NCBI GenBank assembly: GCA_030704615.1
Contig: CM060733.1
Span: 3,968,001 to 4,032,000 of the forward strand
Direction of reading: 5' to 3'
DNA: 64,000 nt
Source of the DNA: Takakia lepidozioides
Taxonomy: Eukaryota; Plantae; Bryophyta
A program made the translations under genes and the position numbers. The first letter of the stretch is position 1. Each line of letters starts with the position of its first letter. The notes under the pieces are model-generated. The model saw nothing but the letters and a program-made list of their open reading frames with translations, did no database searches and had not been told where the DNA came from. Positions 12,401-24,451 of the stretch are shown in pieces.

Positions 12401-13381
12401 ATCAAAGTGGCGTTGCTCTGGCACTATATGTAGATGATCTGCTCATCTTCAGCAAAATGTCAAGGCTATCAACAAGGTCAATGAGTTTTTTTCTGCAGAG
12501 TTCAAAATGAAAGACCTAGGAGAGCTTGATATTTTTTGGGGGATTCAGGTGTCTGGAAGGGAGAAACAGATCATCAGTCTTGGTCAATCTCAATACATCA
12601 CAAAAGTGTTGAAGCGCTTTGGTATGGAAGAGTATAAACCACTCAACACACCTCTGGATGTTAATGGGAAGCTTTGCAAAAGTCAAGAGCCTAGTACAGA
12701 GGATGATATGGCTCAAATGGAGGGAATCCCTTACCGAGAAGCATTAGGTAGCCTCATGTATGCCATATATGCAACAAGGCCAGATATCTCTGCCGATATA
12801 GTGAGTCAATTCATACAAAATCTTGAACTTCATTGGAAGGGTGTCAAAAGGATTATGAGGTATCTCCAAGGGACTAAGGATTACTCGCTGCAATTTTCAG
12901 GAGAAGGGATTGAAACCGTTACTCTCTCAGGTTATTGTGACTCAGATTGGGGAGAAGATTTGGACACGAGGAAGTCCGCCACTGGGTATGCGTTCATTTT
13001 GAACAAGGGGGCCATAACCCAGAGCAGTAAGAGACAGCCTACTGTGGCCTTATCCACCACATATGCCAAATACATGGCTACTCAAGCCACCAAAGAAGCA
13101 ATGTGGTTGAGGAGGTTGCTGGGTGAGCTAGGGTTTTGTCAAAAGAGGCAACGGTGATTCAAAGCGACATTCAAGGTAGCCTTGCTCTCATCAAGAACCC
13201 TCTTCATCACAGCAGGATAAAACATATTGATATCAAATATTACTATGTGAGGGACATGGTGTCAGCAGGTGAAGTCCATTTCAACTATTGCCTTACCACC
13301 ACTATGGGAACAGTCCCTGGGCCCAAGCATTGGGAATTCATGGAAATGCTGGGTCTTAAGAGACAACTCAAGTGTGACTGA
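9390..13381 (+). pseudogene. Copia gag-pol polyprotein with multiple stops and frameshifts
   Basis: ORF fragments 9397-10275, 10303-10545, 10752-10940, 11001-11456, 11833-12189, 12208-12396, 12507-13157 and 13136-13381 give successive copia domains in different frames. Confidence 0.93.
9413..9425 (+). other. Primer-binding site of the half-tRNA-iMet type
   Basis: GGTTATGGGCCCA directly after the LTR; same type as the Drosophila copia PBS, not the usual plant TGGTATCAGAGC. Confidence 0.85.
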
Positions 13382-13388
13382 GTGGGAG

Positions 13389-13731
13389 TGTTGGCATTTA
13401 ACAGCCGCACTTGAGTTGAGCTCTATATAAGATTAGACTTAGATCTGTTAGGTGAAGGCATAGATAACTTTAGGAGTTGCACTGTTTAATCACTATATAG
13501 TTTCTCTGTAGTTCTCTCCACTGATTTAGGTACTGCTCAAGTATATCTGTGACTCAATTTCTCTCTATTTCATGTTCAATTCAGCGCTCAACTGTTCATG
13601 CAGTCATTGTCGTTCCATAGTGCTTTCTTCACAGTGTGAGAGAGAGTTTAGCCGATGTAGTCTTGTTCTTTTCAAGCTTGTATTATGTTGTCTTGCAAGA
13701 GATTAGATATGACAGATGCTTACGATTCACA
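13389..13731 (+). repeat. 3' LTR of the copia element
   Basis: TGTTGGCA...GATTCACA followed by TSD GTCGT. Confidence 0.95.
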
Positions 13732-14442
13732 GTCGTAACCATTGGGCAAGCAGATTAAGAGAGATGAATATTTTAGTATCATGCTGCAGGTTGCACTAGC
13801 GGAGCTGGAAGGATTGCTGCTTACTCATCCTCAGATCATGGATGCGGCTGTAGTACCTTATGTTTGGAACTCCCTTTAACGGCTATTGTACTCTCCACTC
13901 ATGAGATAATTTGGATTCATTTTCCTGAGGAAATTCACATCAGTTTGTCCTTTATGGTTTCCATGGGGTTAGTTGCATTTCCATTGAGTGGGAGAACATC
14001 AAGCCATTTGTCATCTATGGCTTATGTACCACACTGTTTTGTTGAAACAACGTGCTTTGAAAAACTGTGTTGTTTATCTGACCACCAGAATACTCACTGT
14101 TTTCTGAGAGGATGGGCTTATGTCAGTATCAAGCTCAAAAAGTTTCATCTCTATGTGAAGACAACTTTATGAAACTAATCATTAATCAGGCACATACATG
14201 ATGTAACATTTTTGCTACCTCTTTGGTGCATTGTCGATGTTGGTATCTATTAGCCTCGCGTATGATGAAGCTGACGAAGTTTATGTAGTGCGGTCACCTG
14301 AGAGCATTTTGACTGAAGACGATGTCAAGAGCTTCATAGCTGAACAGGCTCATGGACAAATAAGCCAATATCTTTTTGACCAAGCTGGCAGAGGTTGCCC
14401 TAAGTTCACACATCTTAGAGCATCCCTACTCTACGCCTCTAT

Positions 14443-14596
14443 GGACCCCTGCACCCGTACTTCTCGTATACAGGGTGACGAGCCCTGGTCGCGCACGGCC
14501 AGGGTGACGACATACTAGCCTAGGGGGTCGTGGCAAGTTGCGGTGTAGGTTGGGCTCAACAAACCGCCTACCCGGCTGCGGTAAGTGCAGGGGTCC
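14443..14596. repeat. Small inverted-repeat (MITE-like) element
   Basis: GGACCCCTGCAC and GTGCAGGGGTCC form a perfect 12-bp IR around a GC-rich core; no TSD identified. Confidence 0.45.
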
Positions 14597-16663
14597 GTGG
14601 CAGCTATGGACGGATCTAAACAATCTAACTTCTTACTGGCAAAGCAAAGCTTAACCACTTCACAGGGCGATTTGCGTTTCCTAGTCCTACGTTTTGTTTA
14701 TGGGTTTTCTACGTCTTTAATCGTAATTGCCTTCCAAGTCTTTGTTTATTACTACTTCCTACATTCATGGACTCCCAACACGCTTATAGCCGGGACGAAC
14801 CTTCAAATCCCTTCACAAAACGAATTCCGAGCCCCGGGAGACGAGGATCATCTATCTCCCGCCCAATGCCCCCCCCCCCCCCCCAAATCCCGAGGTGGAT
14901 TAGTGTCCTACCTCCTAGGAAGGAACCGGATCCGCTTTCCCAAGTCAGTTTCTCCTGCTTAGAGCGATCCAAAATTCAACCTCAATGGTCAGTCCATTGG
15001 GTGAATGATAACAATTCAAACCTCTAGGTAATTCCCGAGATCTAATAAAACAATGGCCGTTCCTTGCCCCACCCCCCCCCCCCCCCCCCCCAGCGGCCGG
15101 GTACTTGACTTCAAATATCCTAGGTGGACGGGGGCGATACCTCCTTTAAAACATTGGTTTTTAAGTTAAGGGGGTCCGGATAAAATCCCTTAATAAAGGC
15201 GAATTACCCTACTGAATAGTAAAGAACAAATCATTAAAACCTTCTTACAAATGCATGAAATTCGTAGAAATAGAGAATCATCGTAGGATGCTGGAGCTAA
15301 CTAAATTACCCTCAAGGTACTAGGGGAACACCCTGGGAATGCCCTTTATGTCGGGAGCATTGGGGAACCGTTCTTCACTTGGGAGCGCCCCTAAATTCCT
15401 ATACCAAACCAATCAATAACGCATTAGCAACTTAAACCATCACCGGGCCAAGATGAATGAAATCTGCCGCTCATCAGTTTCTCATCTGATCGCCACCCTG
15501 GTGTATAAACAATGATTAAACATTCAGTGGGTCCCAGGGTCCATTCCCTGCGCCTCTTCTACCTACTTCCAATATAATCTGATTAATTTATGCAAGCAAC
15601 CAGCCTAGAACGAAGTTGGAACATGTCATCTTCTACCTTGTGAAACCCCTACCAAAGATTCTCTCCTCCATGTCTCTAGGCTCTTTCTCTCTGTCTGTGG
15701 CATCCACCCGTGAGCCGTGCTTTCACAAGCCCCGGAATACATATCAAACTGATGGCCTCACTGGGGCCTATCCAATGGTTCTAACCATTCCTTATCCTTT
15801 GCTAAAACACGCCCTCATTCCCATGCAAGAAGAACACCATGAATAGTGCACAAGAAATCAAAGGGAGAAAACCCCCCTTAAAATACCCGTCCCAGGGACC
15901 AACAGTCCCTGGTAGGGTCCGTCGTAATATCCAGCGGTTAAAACCGATACCCCGCGGCCAGCGCTACGTGGCGCGGCGTGATTGGCCCGTTGTCGGCACG
16001 GGTCTAGTGGGTAATAGCAGGCTCCGTCTCTGCCGCTCGTGTCATACCTACGCGGGCCCAGTTATGGCGCCTAGTGCAGCCACGCAGTGTGCTAGCAACC
16101 CGTACTTTGCTCTAGGGATCAACTCCCCCCACAGGGGAAGGCCGCGCCACCCGAGTTAAATGCGCCTTTCCATGGCGATTCTAGTCAATCTCCTTGGTTG
16201 ACCTCCAGCCCAAAGATGCCTAAGGCGCCGACACTTTAGTGCTGGGCTCTGCCTTTTTTGGCAGTTCTCTACAAAATAGCTTAACCACTTATAAAGCTAG
16301 TTAGCAACGCCTCCCATGGTCCTCTATGGCCAGGGGGCTTATGAACATAGATATGAACTTAATAATATGGAAATTTTGGCGAAATTCGCCGTCTCATGCA
16401 ATATGGCCATTGCCACTAAGCTAGAAAAGGAAATTTGACAAAAGCTTCGTCACTTCATGCAAGCTCGCCCTCTCCTTAAACATAATAATGGACATCTATC
16501 CCACGACGTAATTGGGTTAGATCCCTAAGGCCCCGTCTCCTGGGGCTTCACACCTGTGCTCTTCACACATGTATATAGAGATGCACACACATCCTCTTTG
16601 AAAGAGGGTTAGTTTTTATAGATTTTTAGCAAGCAATGGTATAAGGTCCCTTGTTGGAACGAG

Positions 16664-16873
16664 CACTACAGGAAAAAATGGGGGGTTTTCGACGCCGCAG
16701 CGTCGTAAAACAGCCATTTTCAAGCCGGGGAAAAAACCAAATTTGCGACGTTCGGGTGTCGCAAGCCCGTTGCCAAAAAAACGTCGCAAATTTGCGACCA
16801 ATGGGGGTCGCAAATATGCGAAACCGCGATTTGCGACGCCGACGCGATTTGCGACGTCCGGACATCGGAAGAG

Positions 16874-16910
<37 letters not shown>

Positions 16911-17808
16911 CCTACTCTGGAATGTAGAATTAGCACCGTCCGGGGGTCGCAAAGTGCGACGCCCGGACGTCACAATTTAAGGGGGTACATTTGAGTTTAG
17001 GCGGGAAATTTTGAATTTCAAAAACTTGTTGACCATTGACTCCGGTTCTGTCTAATGGCGTCCACGTTATATCATTTCTAAGACACTACAAACTAACCAA
17101 CATACCTACGCTACATCTATGTATGATAAAAGCAATCTAAATATATATATATATATATACATATAAAGATTTATTTCAAGTTCATTTTAATGGGGTCTCT
17201 CTTGTGATATCAGGGAGTTGCAACCTCCACAGCCTTAGTGCCCAGCCCCAGCCCTAGCCCCATCATCGTCACCGTTGTTGTACCCCCCCACCGCCAGGCG
17301 CCCCAAACGACGTCCTTGTGTGGACTTAAGCTGACCACAACACCATTGCAAACCCCTGTGGCGACGCTGTTGCGACCCCCTGACGTCGCAACGTTGGGCG
17401 CCCCCATCGACGCTTTTGTGAAGTTGAGAGCCGTAAAGCCAAAAAAAAAAAAAAAAAAAAAAAAACTCCTACTGTGGTGATGCTGTTGCGATGCCCTGAC
17501 GTCGCAGAGGCGCTGGGGCGCCCTTAGTGACGCTTTAGCAACGACGAGGCGTCGCAACGTCCAATTTTTTATTTTTTATTTTTCCCTTGGATTTCCGACG
17601 CCGGGGCGTCGCAAGAAAAAAAATCCGTCGCAGCGAGAGCCATCTTTCCCCCTTTATGCCACCTTACGACGGCTAGGCGTCGTAATGGTGTCGCAGCGGG
17701 GGATTGCGACGCCGGGACGTCGCAAAAAAACGTCGCGGGCTCAGCGCCGCGTTGGACGTGGGGGCGCGGCTGGCGTCGTAAACCCCCCCCCCCCCATTTG
17801 CTGTAGTG
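16664..17808. mobile_element. Non-autonomous CACTA (En/Spm) element
   Basis: Begins CACTACAG and ends CTGTAGTG, with extended TIR similarity (AAATGGGGG..TTT.CGACGCC). Flanks GAG/AAG are an imperfect 3-bp TSD. Many TTGCGACG/CGTCGCAA subterminal repeats. Confidence 0.9.
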
Positions 17809-19199
17809 AAGCTTGAACAACAAATGAAACAAATGAATTCAAAAGTCAAGATAGTATGGTAAGTCACCTTCTGAAACAAGAGGTGTTTGGGATGCACTAA
17901 ATCGCTCGGTAGAATGGTACTCAATTCTGGTCCTCCTCCAGCACTTCTACTCGTCTTCAAGTCTCCCACTTCATGGAGCGCTTCCTCTACTTCTTGCCTC
18001 AAATGGCCACGAGGTCTTGAGCTAGGACTATCATGCTCTCACTATGCTTGCTTCTATTACTAGAGAGCTACAAGCTCAACTCTCTAGGAACTAGCTCCCT
18101 AAAGCTCAAAACTAACTACACAAACAAGAGGCCAAAACAAGGAAATGAGACTAGATTGAGGAACAAGAGGAGCCTGCTCTTCTTTTATTGTGTTTTTGGG
18201 GCCTCTTAAACTAGTGAAGGATAGTCTTAAACTATTCTTTCCTACATGAGTCTATAATTTAAAAACGATAGAACACCATAAAATAATAACCATGGATGGA
18301 AAACCTTGGTGTTAATGATAAATCTGGTTTTTCATCCATCCAATAGATGACCAGTTGGCGCTAGGTTGTCTTCTCATCCCTCCAGCTTGCAGGTCGAATT
18401 TCCAGTTTTCATCCATTGGATGAACTAGAATTCCATTTAATCGCCTTTCGTAACTACATCCGGCGTGATAATTTGATGCCGTCTCTCATCACCTCCAAAA
18501 ATCCTTAAACTTGGTGACAAATTATTATTAAATGGTCCGTAGCTGTCTGTAAAATCTCAAAGGAATCGAGGAAGAAAAGCCATACCTTTGGTTGGTTTCC
18601 ATTGTTTCGCCATATAGGCATTCTGACGCTTTTTGGCAGTAAAAATACTGGTGGTGCCCTAGGGGGTCTTTGGCCGTGCCACGGGTCACAGATCATCTGG
18701 AGTTTCCTCCTACATACTTTGCATCGCTGAGGAGTTCAAAACTTCGCCGGGAAGCTCCTTTATCCATCGTTTGCTCCGATGCAGCACTTGCTTTGTCGCG
18801 ATATTTCTTCGCTATACAGATTGTTTCCTCCAATTGCCAAGACTCCTCGCCGCGTGCTCCTACTGGACTTGACATGCGGGAGAATAGAGAGATCGCAAAC
18901 TGGAACAGTCGCCATGTATTGTTTCGAACAGGTGCATGTTGTCGTTACTGGTACCGAATTGGCAGCCTAACTCGCTGTCGATGCAGCTCCCTACGGTCAT
19001 TTTGACGCCAGAGCTCCTCCATGGTCGTCTCAGACATGATCTAAATTTCTACGTGCTTTACCAGCAATTCCCAGATAACTCGCAAACTGCCATGCTTTGG
19101 CAGTACAATGCCTAAAATGTCTGCCTTAAGATAAAAAACGATCTGAAAAGAAATTTGTACCAATATATGCATCTACACAGGGTCAAATTTGCCTCCAAA

Positions 19200-19592
19200 C
19201 GTACTACACCCTTGCCCCGCTACCGTATACGCCATCAAGGGCGGACACTGAACCGCCTTTCCTTCACTGAATCCGTATACGACATTCAGTGCCCTGAACT
19301 TGTCCCTCAACCAAGTCGTCCCGACCAGGGATATGTCAGAGAGCACCTAGGGCCCACCCCCAAAAGGGACAGTAGCCGCAAGGAGAAGTGGCTCTTAGTT
19401 ACGCCGGCCTCGGCCGGAGTCATCTCTCTCAGAGCGCACCTCCCAGCCTATCGCTTCCAATCTAGCTGCTGTGCGTCTGGCAGTGAAGGCAGGCGGTGGG
19501 TCCTGAACGTGATATGAGAACATCGCTGGAAACTCCAGCAAGGCAGGAACATATGATACAAGGGCGTAACGAGGGGCAAGGGTGTGGCTACG
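19200..19592. repeat. Inverted-repeat-bounded GC-rich segment (MITE-like)
   Basis: CGTACTACACCCTTGCCCC and GGGGCAAGGGTGTGGCTACG form an IR; no clear TSD. Confidence 0.4.
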
Positions 19593-20133
19593 GGCAGCCG
19601 ACCCCTTCACACACCTTTCAAGAGTCCTGAACCAACCCATTCACAATAGCTATAGAGGGGCTATTTCAGTGAGAAGGGTGGGGATGCTCTGACTGGATTG
19701 CATGAAGAGGGGGTGGTGAGCTTGGTGAGATGGAGTTTATGGTTGGGGAGATGAAAACCACTTATAACCATTGACATCTCCAACCAGTTTGTGCAAAGTT
19801 TCCAATGTCTCTTGCCCTATATAGATATGAATACCATTTGCCTGAAGATTTGTCCCACATCAAATTGTTTCATTTGGTTAGTCAACCCCGAGAACTTGAC
19901 AGTGCCCAACTAAGGCATCTAGCAAAGTCCAGCCGCAAAAGGCTGGCTTGCATGCCCAGCCGCAATCCATTCACAATCCAAAACTGCATCATGCTGTCCA
20001 TCTCTTCATAAGAATTGAAGAGACCCCATCAACAAACTCACTATTCATCCCCTGTATTTTCTGGACGTTGTTCTCGAGTAGTGCGGAGCAACGCGAAGCC
20101 CTAGTTTTCAAAACTTGGAAAAGAACTACACAT

Positions 20134-20271
20134 GGGCCGGTAGCTCAGCTGGTAAGTGCACAGTGTGCCACCTTGGTACGGTATTCAAACCCATTGCCCT
20201 AGCCGGTGTATGGATTGTTCAAGGCGGAATGTCTGGGCTTATTCGTTCTGTAGGTCTCACCAAAAAAAAAA
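20134..20271 (+). mobile_element. tRNA-derived SINE (head related to family A)
   Basis: A-box TAGCTCAGCTGG, B-box-like TTCAAACCC, A10 tail. Head is shared with the copies at 23845 and 35182. Confidence 0.65.
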
Positions 20272-22053
20272 CCTTCCCTCACACTAAAACATTATAATCT
20301 TGAGAAATCTACGGTAAATTTCTCCCAGATTTGATGTGTGGATGTAGTATGTAGTAGGTAGGTTCCACTTTTGTAAGGTTCACTTTTCTGGATGTAAATA
20401 GGTAGGTAAATAGACTCAATTTATTAGGTAGAGGTAAGTGAATTCTGGTTTAAAAAAAGAGCATGCAGGTTAACCCGCTAATTGTGTGAGCGAGCATAGA
20501 AGAAAACCATAACTTTTAAAAATTCCAGCGGGGGAGTCCCCGCGTATTTATGTGAATTTAGTGAGAGCACACATTTCATATGGTAGTACTAGGATTTGGA
20601 GAGAAAAAATCACTTCATAAAACAGCTTTTGTACAAGTCCATGTCAAATAGGTAGAGAGAGATGACTCTGGCCCTAAAGAGCCATTCACCTTGTGGCTAC
20701 TCCCTTTGAGAGGTGGGCTCTTTATAAATAATAGTAGGACCGAATATTTTAGGAGGGCATTGGTTGGTAATGGGCATGAGGATTAGATGGACTGAATTGT
20801 ATCTCCAGTTTTGTAGATTACTACTGAAGTGATCTTTGTCATGAAAATGCAACTAAAGGAGTTTGTACCCATTGCTACCAGTAGGTGTCCTTTCTTCTTA
20901 GTGGGGCATAAAAGTAAGTGTTCAGAGTTGTTCCCTGTTGTCTGAAATATGTGGTTGTGGCCTCTTCTATGTGAGGCTGTGGTCGAAGCTCTGCTCTGCT
21001 CGTGGTGTCCAAGCTGACGTGATCGTTCGCTTCCAAGCAATTTTAGCTTCACAAAGTGATTTCCCCTGGTGCTGAGAAGTTTCTGGCAACATTCTACACA
21101 TCCAGATGAAGTGACTGCTGAATGGTTGATGCCAGGCAGAGTGCCTTGGTGGAAGTTCCAAACAAGGCACCTCCAACATGGCACTCAAAATCTGTCACTT
21201 CGGACAATTAACTATCTTCAATTCCCCAAACTCTTGGCACTCCGAAAGCCTCAATGTCAGGGTAGTGCAGTGAAAGATTACCATCTCCCATCTACAAACC
21301 TTAACCAAATGTCCAACAATTCTAATGTCTCACACCACTCAAAATCTGCGAGGAGGTTAATTTTCTAACTCCAATTCACTAACTTCTCCTACCCCTACTG
21401 CTAGGCAGCACCTTACCTCTCTTGGCATAGCATCAACACATTTCCATCTTCCACTCGAAGCAATTCCATCTCAAAAACCGAAGCAATTTCATCTCAAAAG
21501 CTGCAAGCATAGTGCAATACGAAAGCAAAAGAATATGTCTGGTTTTTACCTGTAGCTGCATTGCCAAAATTGCTGACAAAGCATCTTAAAAGCCTAGCAT
21601 TGAAAAGCTACTGTGCAGCACTTCCCACTTTTGCGAAAGCAGTGATCAGTCGTGTTAATCCAATCATATTGGTACATACAGTACAATGTAAGAGAATGTT
21701 GAACCCAACATTCAACTGGTTGTCGATGTGGCGACTGCGTTTGAACGTTCACCATGCGCCCAGCCATCTTTGGAGGTCAGGGGACGCTTATCTGCAAGTC
21801 CCCGGGGCAATGCACCTAGTGCGATCACGGTATTTACCAAGTGTTTCGTATGACAAAGGCAGAAAGGACTGGAAGTGGATCTAACTCCAAGCCTGAAAAA
21901 AATATCCTCTACAGTCCAATATCTATCTCTCTATGTACAATCCCTCAACGAGTGTCAGGGCTTCATTTCCGTATCTACTTGTGTGAGCTTAATTGATCGT
22001 ACTCAAAGGTCCAAGCTGTGCAACTAACACACCAAATAACAACCGCGCGTTGC

Positions 22054-22512
22054 TCAATACTTGATATGGAGTTGTTTCAGCCACGCCGCCGCTCCCATAA
22101 ACCAAGTATAGAAACCTCTCTGCGTTGTCTCAAATGGTTGCCGAACAATCCGCAGTAACGACGAGAAGCTTGCTGCAATAGATGAAGTGTGGTGTTGATA
22201 TTGGTTGTACCCTGCACTCATCAGGTAAGCACGGGCCGCCTTTTCCACCAAGGGATCCTTCATGTGGACATGGCGAATGTCCGGAAGCGACCGAGAACTC
22301 TGAAGCCCACTCCAGCGCTCAAACTTGTTAGAAGATCCCGACGCCGCTACAACATCCCTCAGCGATGTGTATGAATGGCTCCTTTTCATATCAAGCAATT
22401 GTCCTTCTGTCACCTGCTGGAGCTTCCTCTTCCTGTTCGCCAATCTTATCTTACTATAAGACCGCACAAATTGGCCCACGGCGGGGGCTTTCCGCTTGGC
22501 GAGACTGTTCAT
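22054..22512 (-). CDS. Plant-specific uncharacterised protein (YTSLRD ... KDPLVEKAARAYL motif family), 152 aa
   Basis: Single ORF from ATG 22512. The two motifs match a conserved small land-plant family (YTSLKD / IKNxLVKxAAxAYL). The frame stays open to 22617, so the start could differ. Confidence 0.75.
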   Translation of the reverse strand: MNSLAKRKAPAVGQFVRSYSKIRLANRKRKLQQVTEGQLLDMKRSHSYTSLRDVVAASGSSNKFERWSGLQSSRSLPDIRHVHMKDPLVEKAARAYLMSAGYNQYQHHTSSIAASFSSLLRIVRQPFETTQRGFYTWFMGAAAWLKQLHIKY

Positions 22513-22899
22513 ATAGACAACCTTCTTCGCTCCCTGCCTCACTCGGATGCGAACCGCCTCGTGCGGCAAAACAGATCGACACAGAAATTGGTGGTCAAAG
22601 CCTGTGCTTTGAACCACACATGCATTCCTCTACCGTCCTGTGCCCCGCACACAAATCCCCCAAGGTGGATGTGCAAGCAAGCGCCTATACAAAGACTGAA
22701 AGAGACAGAACCCCTCCAGGACAGAGATCACAAGGTGAAGATTGTGTGGAGCAAGAGTAGCCCCCGTAAGGCAGAACGATAGATACAGACAACTGGAAAC
22801 AGCTCCCACCTCGAATCACTATATGCGTTCAGACCACAATCACCATCGCTCCAGTTACAGCTCGTCAGAAGCAAGAGACAAGCGATGCCCTCCCGTCTG

Positions 22900-23490
22900 C
22901 ACGTGGGCGCAGCCACCGCGCTGGCAGCCTCCTGCCATGACCGCCGCCATCAATACCCCTCTTCCTTCCTTTGCAACACTACACTCTCCCCTCCTCTCTC
23001 CTCCCGAGGCTCCGCTAAATATCTCCCTCCGCTATCTTGCTCCACCCCCAACGAACGAATAATCGACGTGTTTCATCCAGAAACCAGCACAGTTCACCCA
23101 TCTCATCCCCACGGCAAGCATCACGTGGCACAGGGACGGGCGTGTGCAGCCGCGTTTGCGTGCCACGCGGGAAATGAAAACTATTCTATGAATATTTAAT
23201 TGTTATTAAATTCCCCTAAAGGAGTATTTCCACGTGGCTATCAAAGTGGCGAGGGAAAAGGGGCTTGTGCGCAAAAAAATAGATGCGTAGGCCGGTCAGA
23301 CTAGTCCCATATTTACCATGTGCCCCTTCGACCCCGCTTACTTACTCCCCAATTCCTTTTCTTTACTGTTGTACAATTCCGGCGGTAGAAAAATCCGCGG
23401 ACAAATATCCACCGCGTGTCGGATATACGTGGGAACACATCGAAAAACCAAACCCTGTTCACCCACGTGTTGGCTCGGTGGAGAATATTC
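22900..23490. promoter_or_regulatory. ABRE/G-box, CE3-like and P1BS motif cluster upstream of the 22512 gene
   Basis: CACGTG at 22900 and 23464; CACGTGGC at 23122 and 23231; TACGTGG at 23426; CCGCGTGTC at 23412; GNATATNC at 23421 (GGATATAC) and 23483 (GAATATTC). Confidence 0.55.
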
Positions 23491-23844
23491 CGGCGCCTCA
23501 CCCCCCCTCACCACATCTTCCGCTTCCGTACGCTACTTCTTTTTAACCACCGCGGCAGGGCATAATGGTTGGGTCGTCGCCGCGACCTCACTCTTGTTTT
23601 TTAACACAGAAGGGATCTCATATTAAGAAAAGCATGGAAAAAGTAACTTTGCGAGGCCCTTTTGTAGATTTTAAGCACAACTTTGGTTGATTTTTAGCTG
23701 CGCATAAAACCGGAAAAAGAGTAGTCTTGGGACAAATTAAAGAATGCCTTATAAATTTGGATTTCTCTTCATATAGACGCGTCGCATGCGTCTAGCTTTC
23801 TTTGGTAGGTGACTCTTCCAAATAAATTGAGCTGCGGTTCAAAC

Positions 23845-24060
23845 TTTTTTTTTTTTAAAAATATTTAAAAGGAAACACCTGGGAGCGACAGCTCACAAAT
23901 CGATAGAGAGGAGAAAATAAACTCTCCGTAACCTCGCCGTAAGGCTTTCCGACACAGGGAAGGGGGAGAAGAGCGTACCACACCCGTCAACTAGCAGGAT
24001 TTGACCCCAGCGTTGTCCGGATGGCACTCAGCGCACATTACCAACTGAGCTACTGACTGT
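23845..24060 (-). mobile_element. tRNA-derived SINE family A
   Basis: Minus strand reads GTAGCTCAGTTGGTAA...GGGGTCAAATCC, has an A-rich tail, and is flanked by near-duplicated GG(T)TCAAACT. Homologous to 35182-35409. Confidence 0.8.
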
Positions 24061-24259
24061 TGGTCAAACTTAGAATCACATGTTGATTTTTCCCCTTTTG
24101 TCTTTTTTTGGAGTTAGGGGGCGGTTGACGAACCTTTTTTCTTTTTAAAGGCATTAAAGCTTTATTGATCAGGGGAAAAAAAGTAAGCCCCAAAGAGGCA
24201 CGAGGCAAAGAGCACATCCTAACCTTGCTAATTTAAAATATGTGAGATTTACTGAAATA

Positions 24260-24451
24260 CCGTAGTACCTTGGCAACTTCGACACAAATTTTAATATTTC
24301 AAAGATTGTTGAAAATTTTGGAAATTGATTTTATGAAATTAAGTAAATTTGTGAATGATAATAAAACATCTTTGAGAATGTTCCATATGTTGAAATGAAA
24401 CTCTCAAAATAAAATAAATATTCGATTGTCAATCTTGCCAAGGTACTACGG
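24260..24451. mobile_element. MITE, possibly Tc1/mariner-pogo-like
   Basis: Perfect 17-bp TIR CCGTAGTACCTTGGCAA / TTGCCAAGGTACTACGG around an AT-rich core; TA on the left flank. Confidence 0.75.

Larger units (their letters stand above)
9033..13731 (+). mobile_element. Full-length, degenerate Ty1/copia LTR retrotransposon
   Basis: TG...CA LTRs at 9033-9412 and 13389-13731; perfect 5-bp TSD GTCGT (9028-9032, 13732-13736); PBS at 9413; purine tract GAGTGGGAG before the 3' LTR. Domain order is gag (CNYCKKSGHWAKNC), PR (IDSGAS), INT (RSDNSGEY, PQQNGVA), RT (YVDDLL), RH (GYCDSDWG). Confidence 0.97.
8396..14347 (+). pseudogene. 4-coumarate:CoA ligase-like (4CL-like) acyl-activating enzyme pseudogene, 3 internal exons
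   Basis: Exon 8396-8542 encodes GYLNNPEAT..EGWLHTGDLVYFD..KEL, a frameshift, then IKYKGFQ. Exon 13790-13857 encodes VALAELEGLLLTHPQIMDAAVVP and has lost its GT donor. Exon 14254-14347 encodes DEADEV-YVVRSPESILTEDDVKSFIAEQ with a small deletion. A copia element sits in the first of these introns. Confidence 0.88.

Noticed and set aside
15980-16010. Helitron 3' end (CCCGT..ACGGG TCTAGT)
   Set aside because: The hairpin is only 1 nt from CTAG rather than about 10, and there is no matching 5' end.
16616-18002. Lys/Phe/Arg-rich ORFs
   Set aside because: They are translations of poly(A) tracts and CACTA subterminal repeats.
20134-20200. Functional tRNA gene (also at 24000-24060 and 35340-35409)
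   Set aside because: A/B boxes are present but the cloverleaf and acceptor stem do not close; tails and dispersed copies indicate SINEs.
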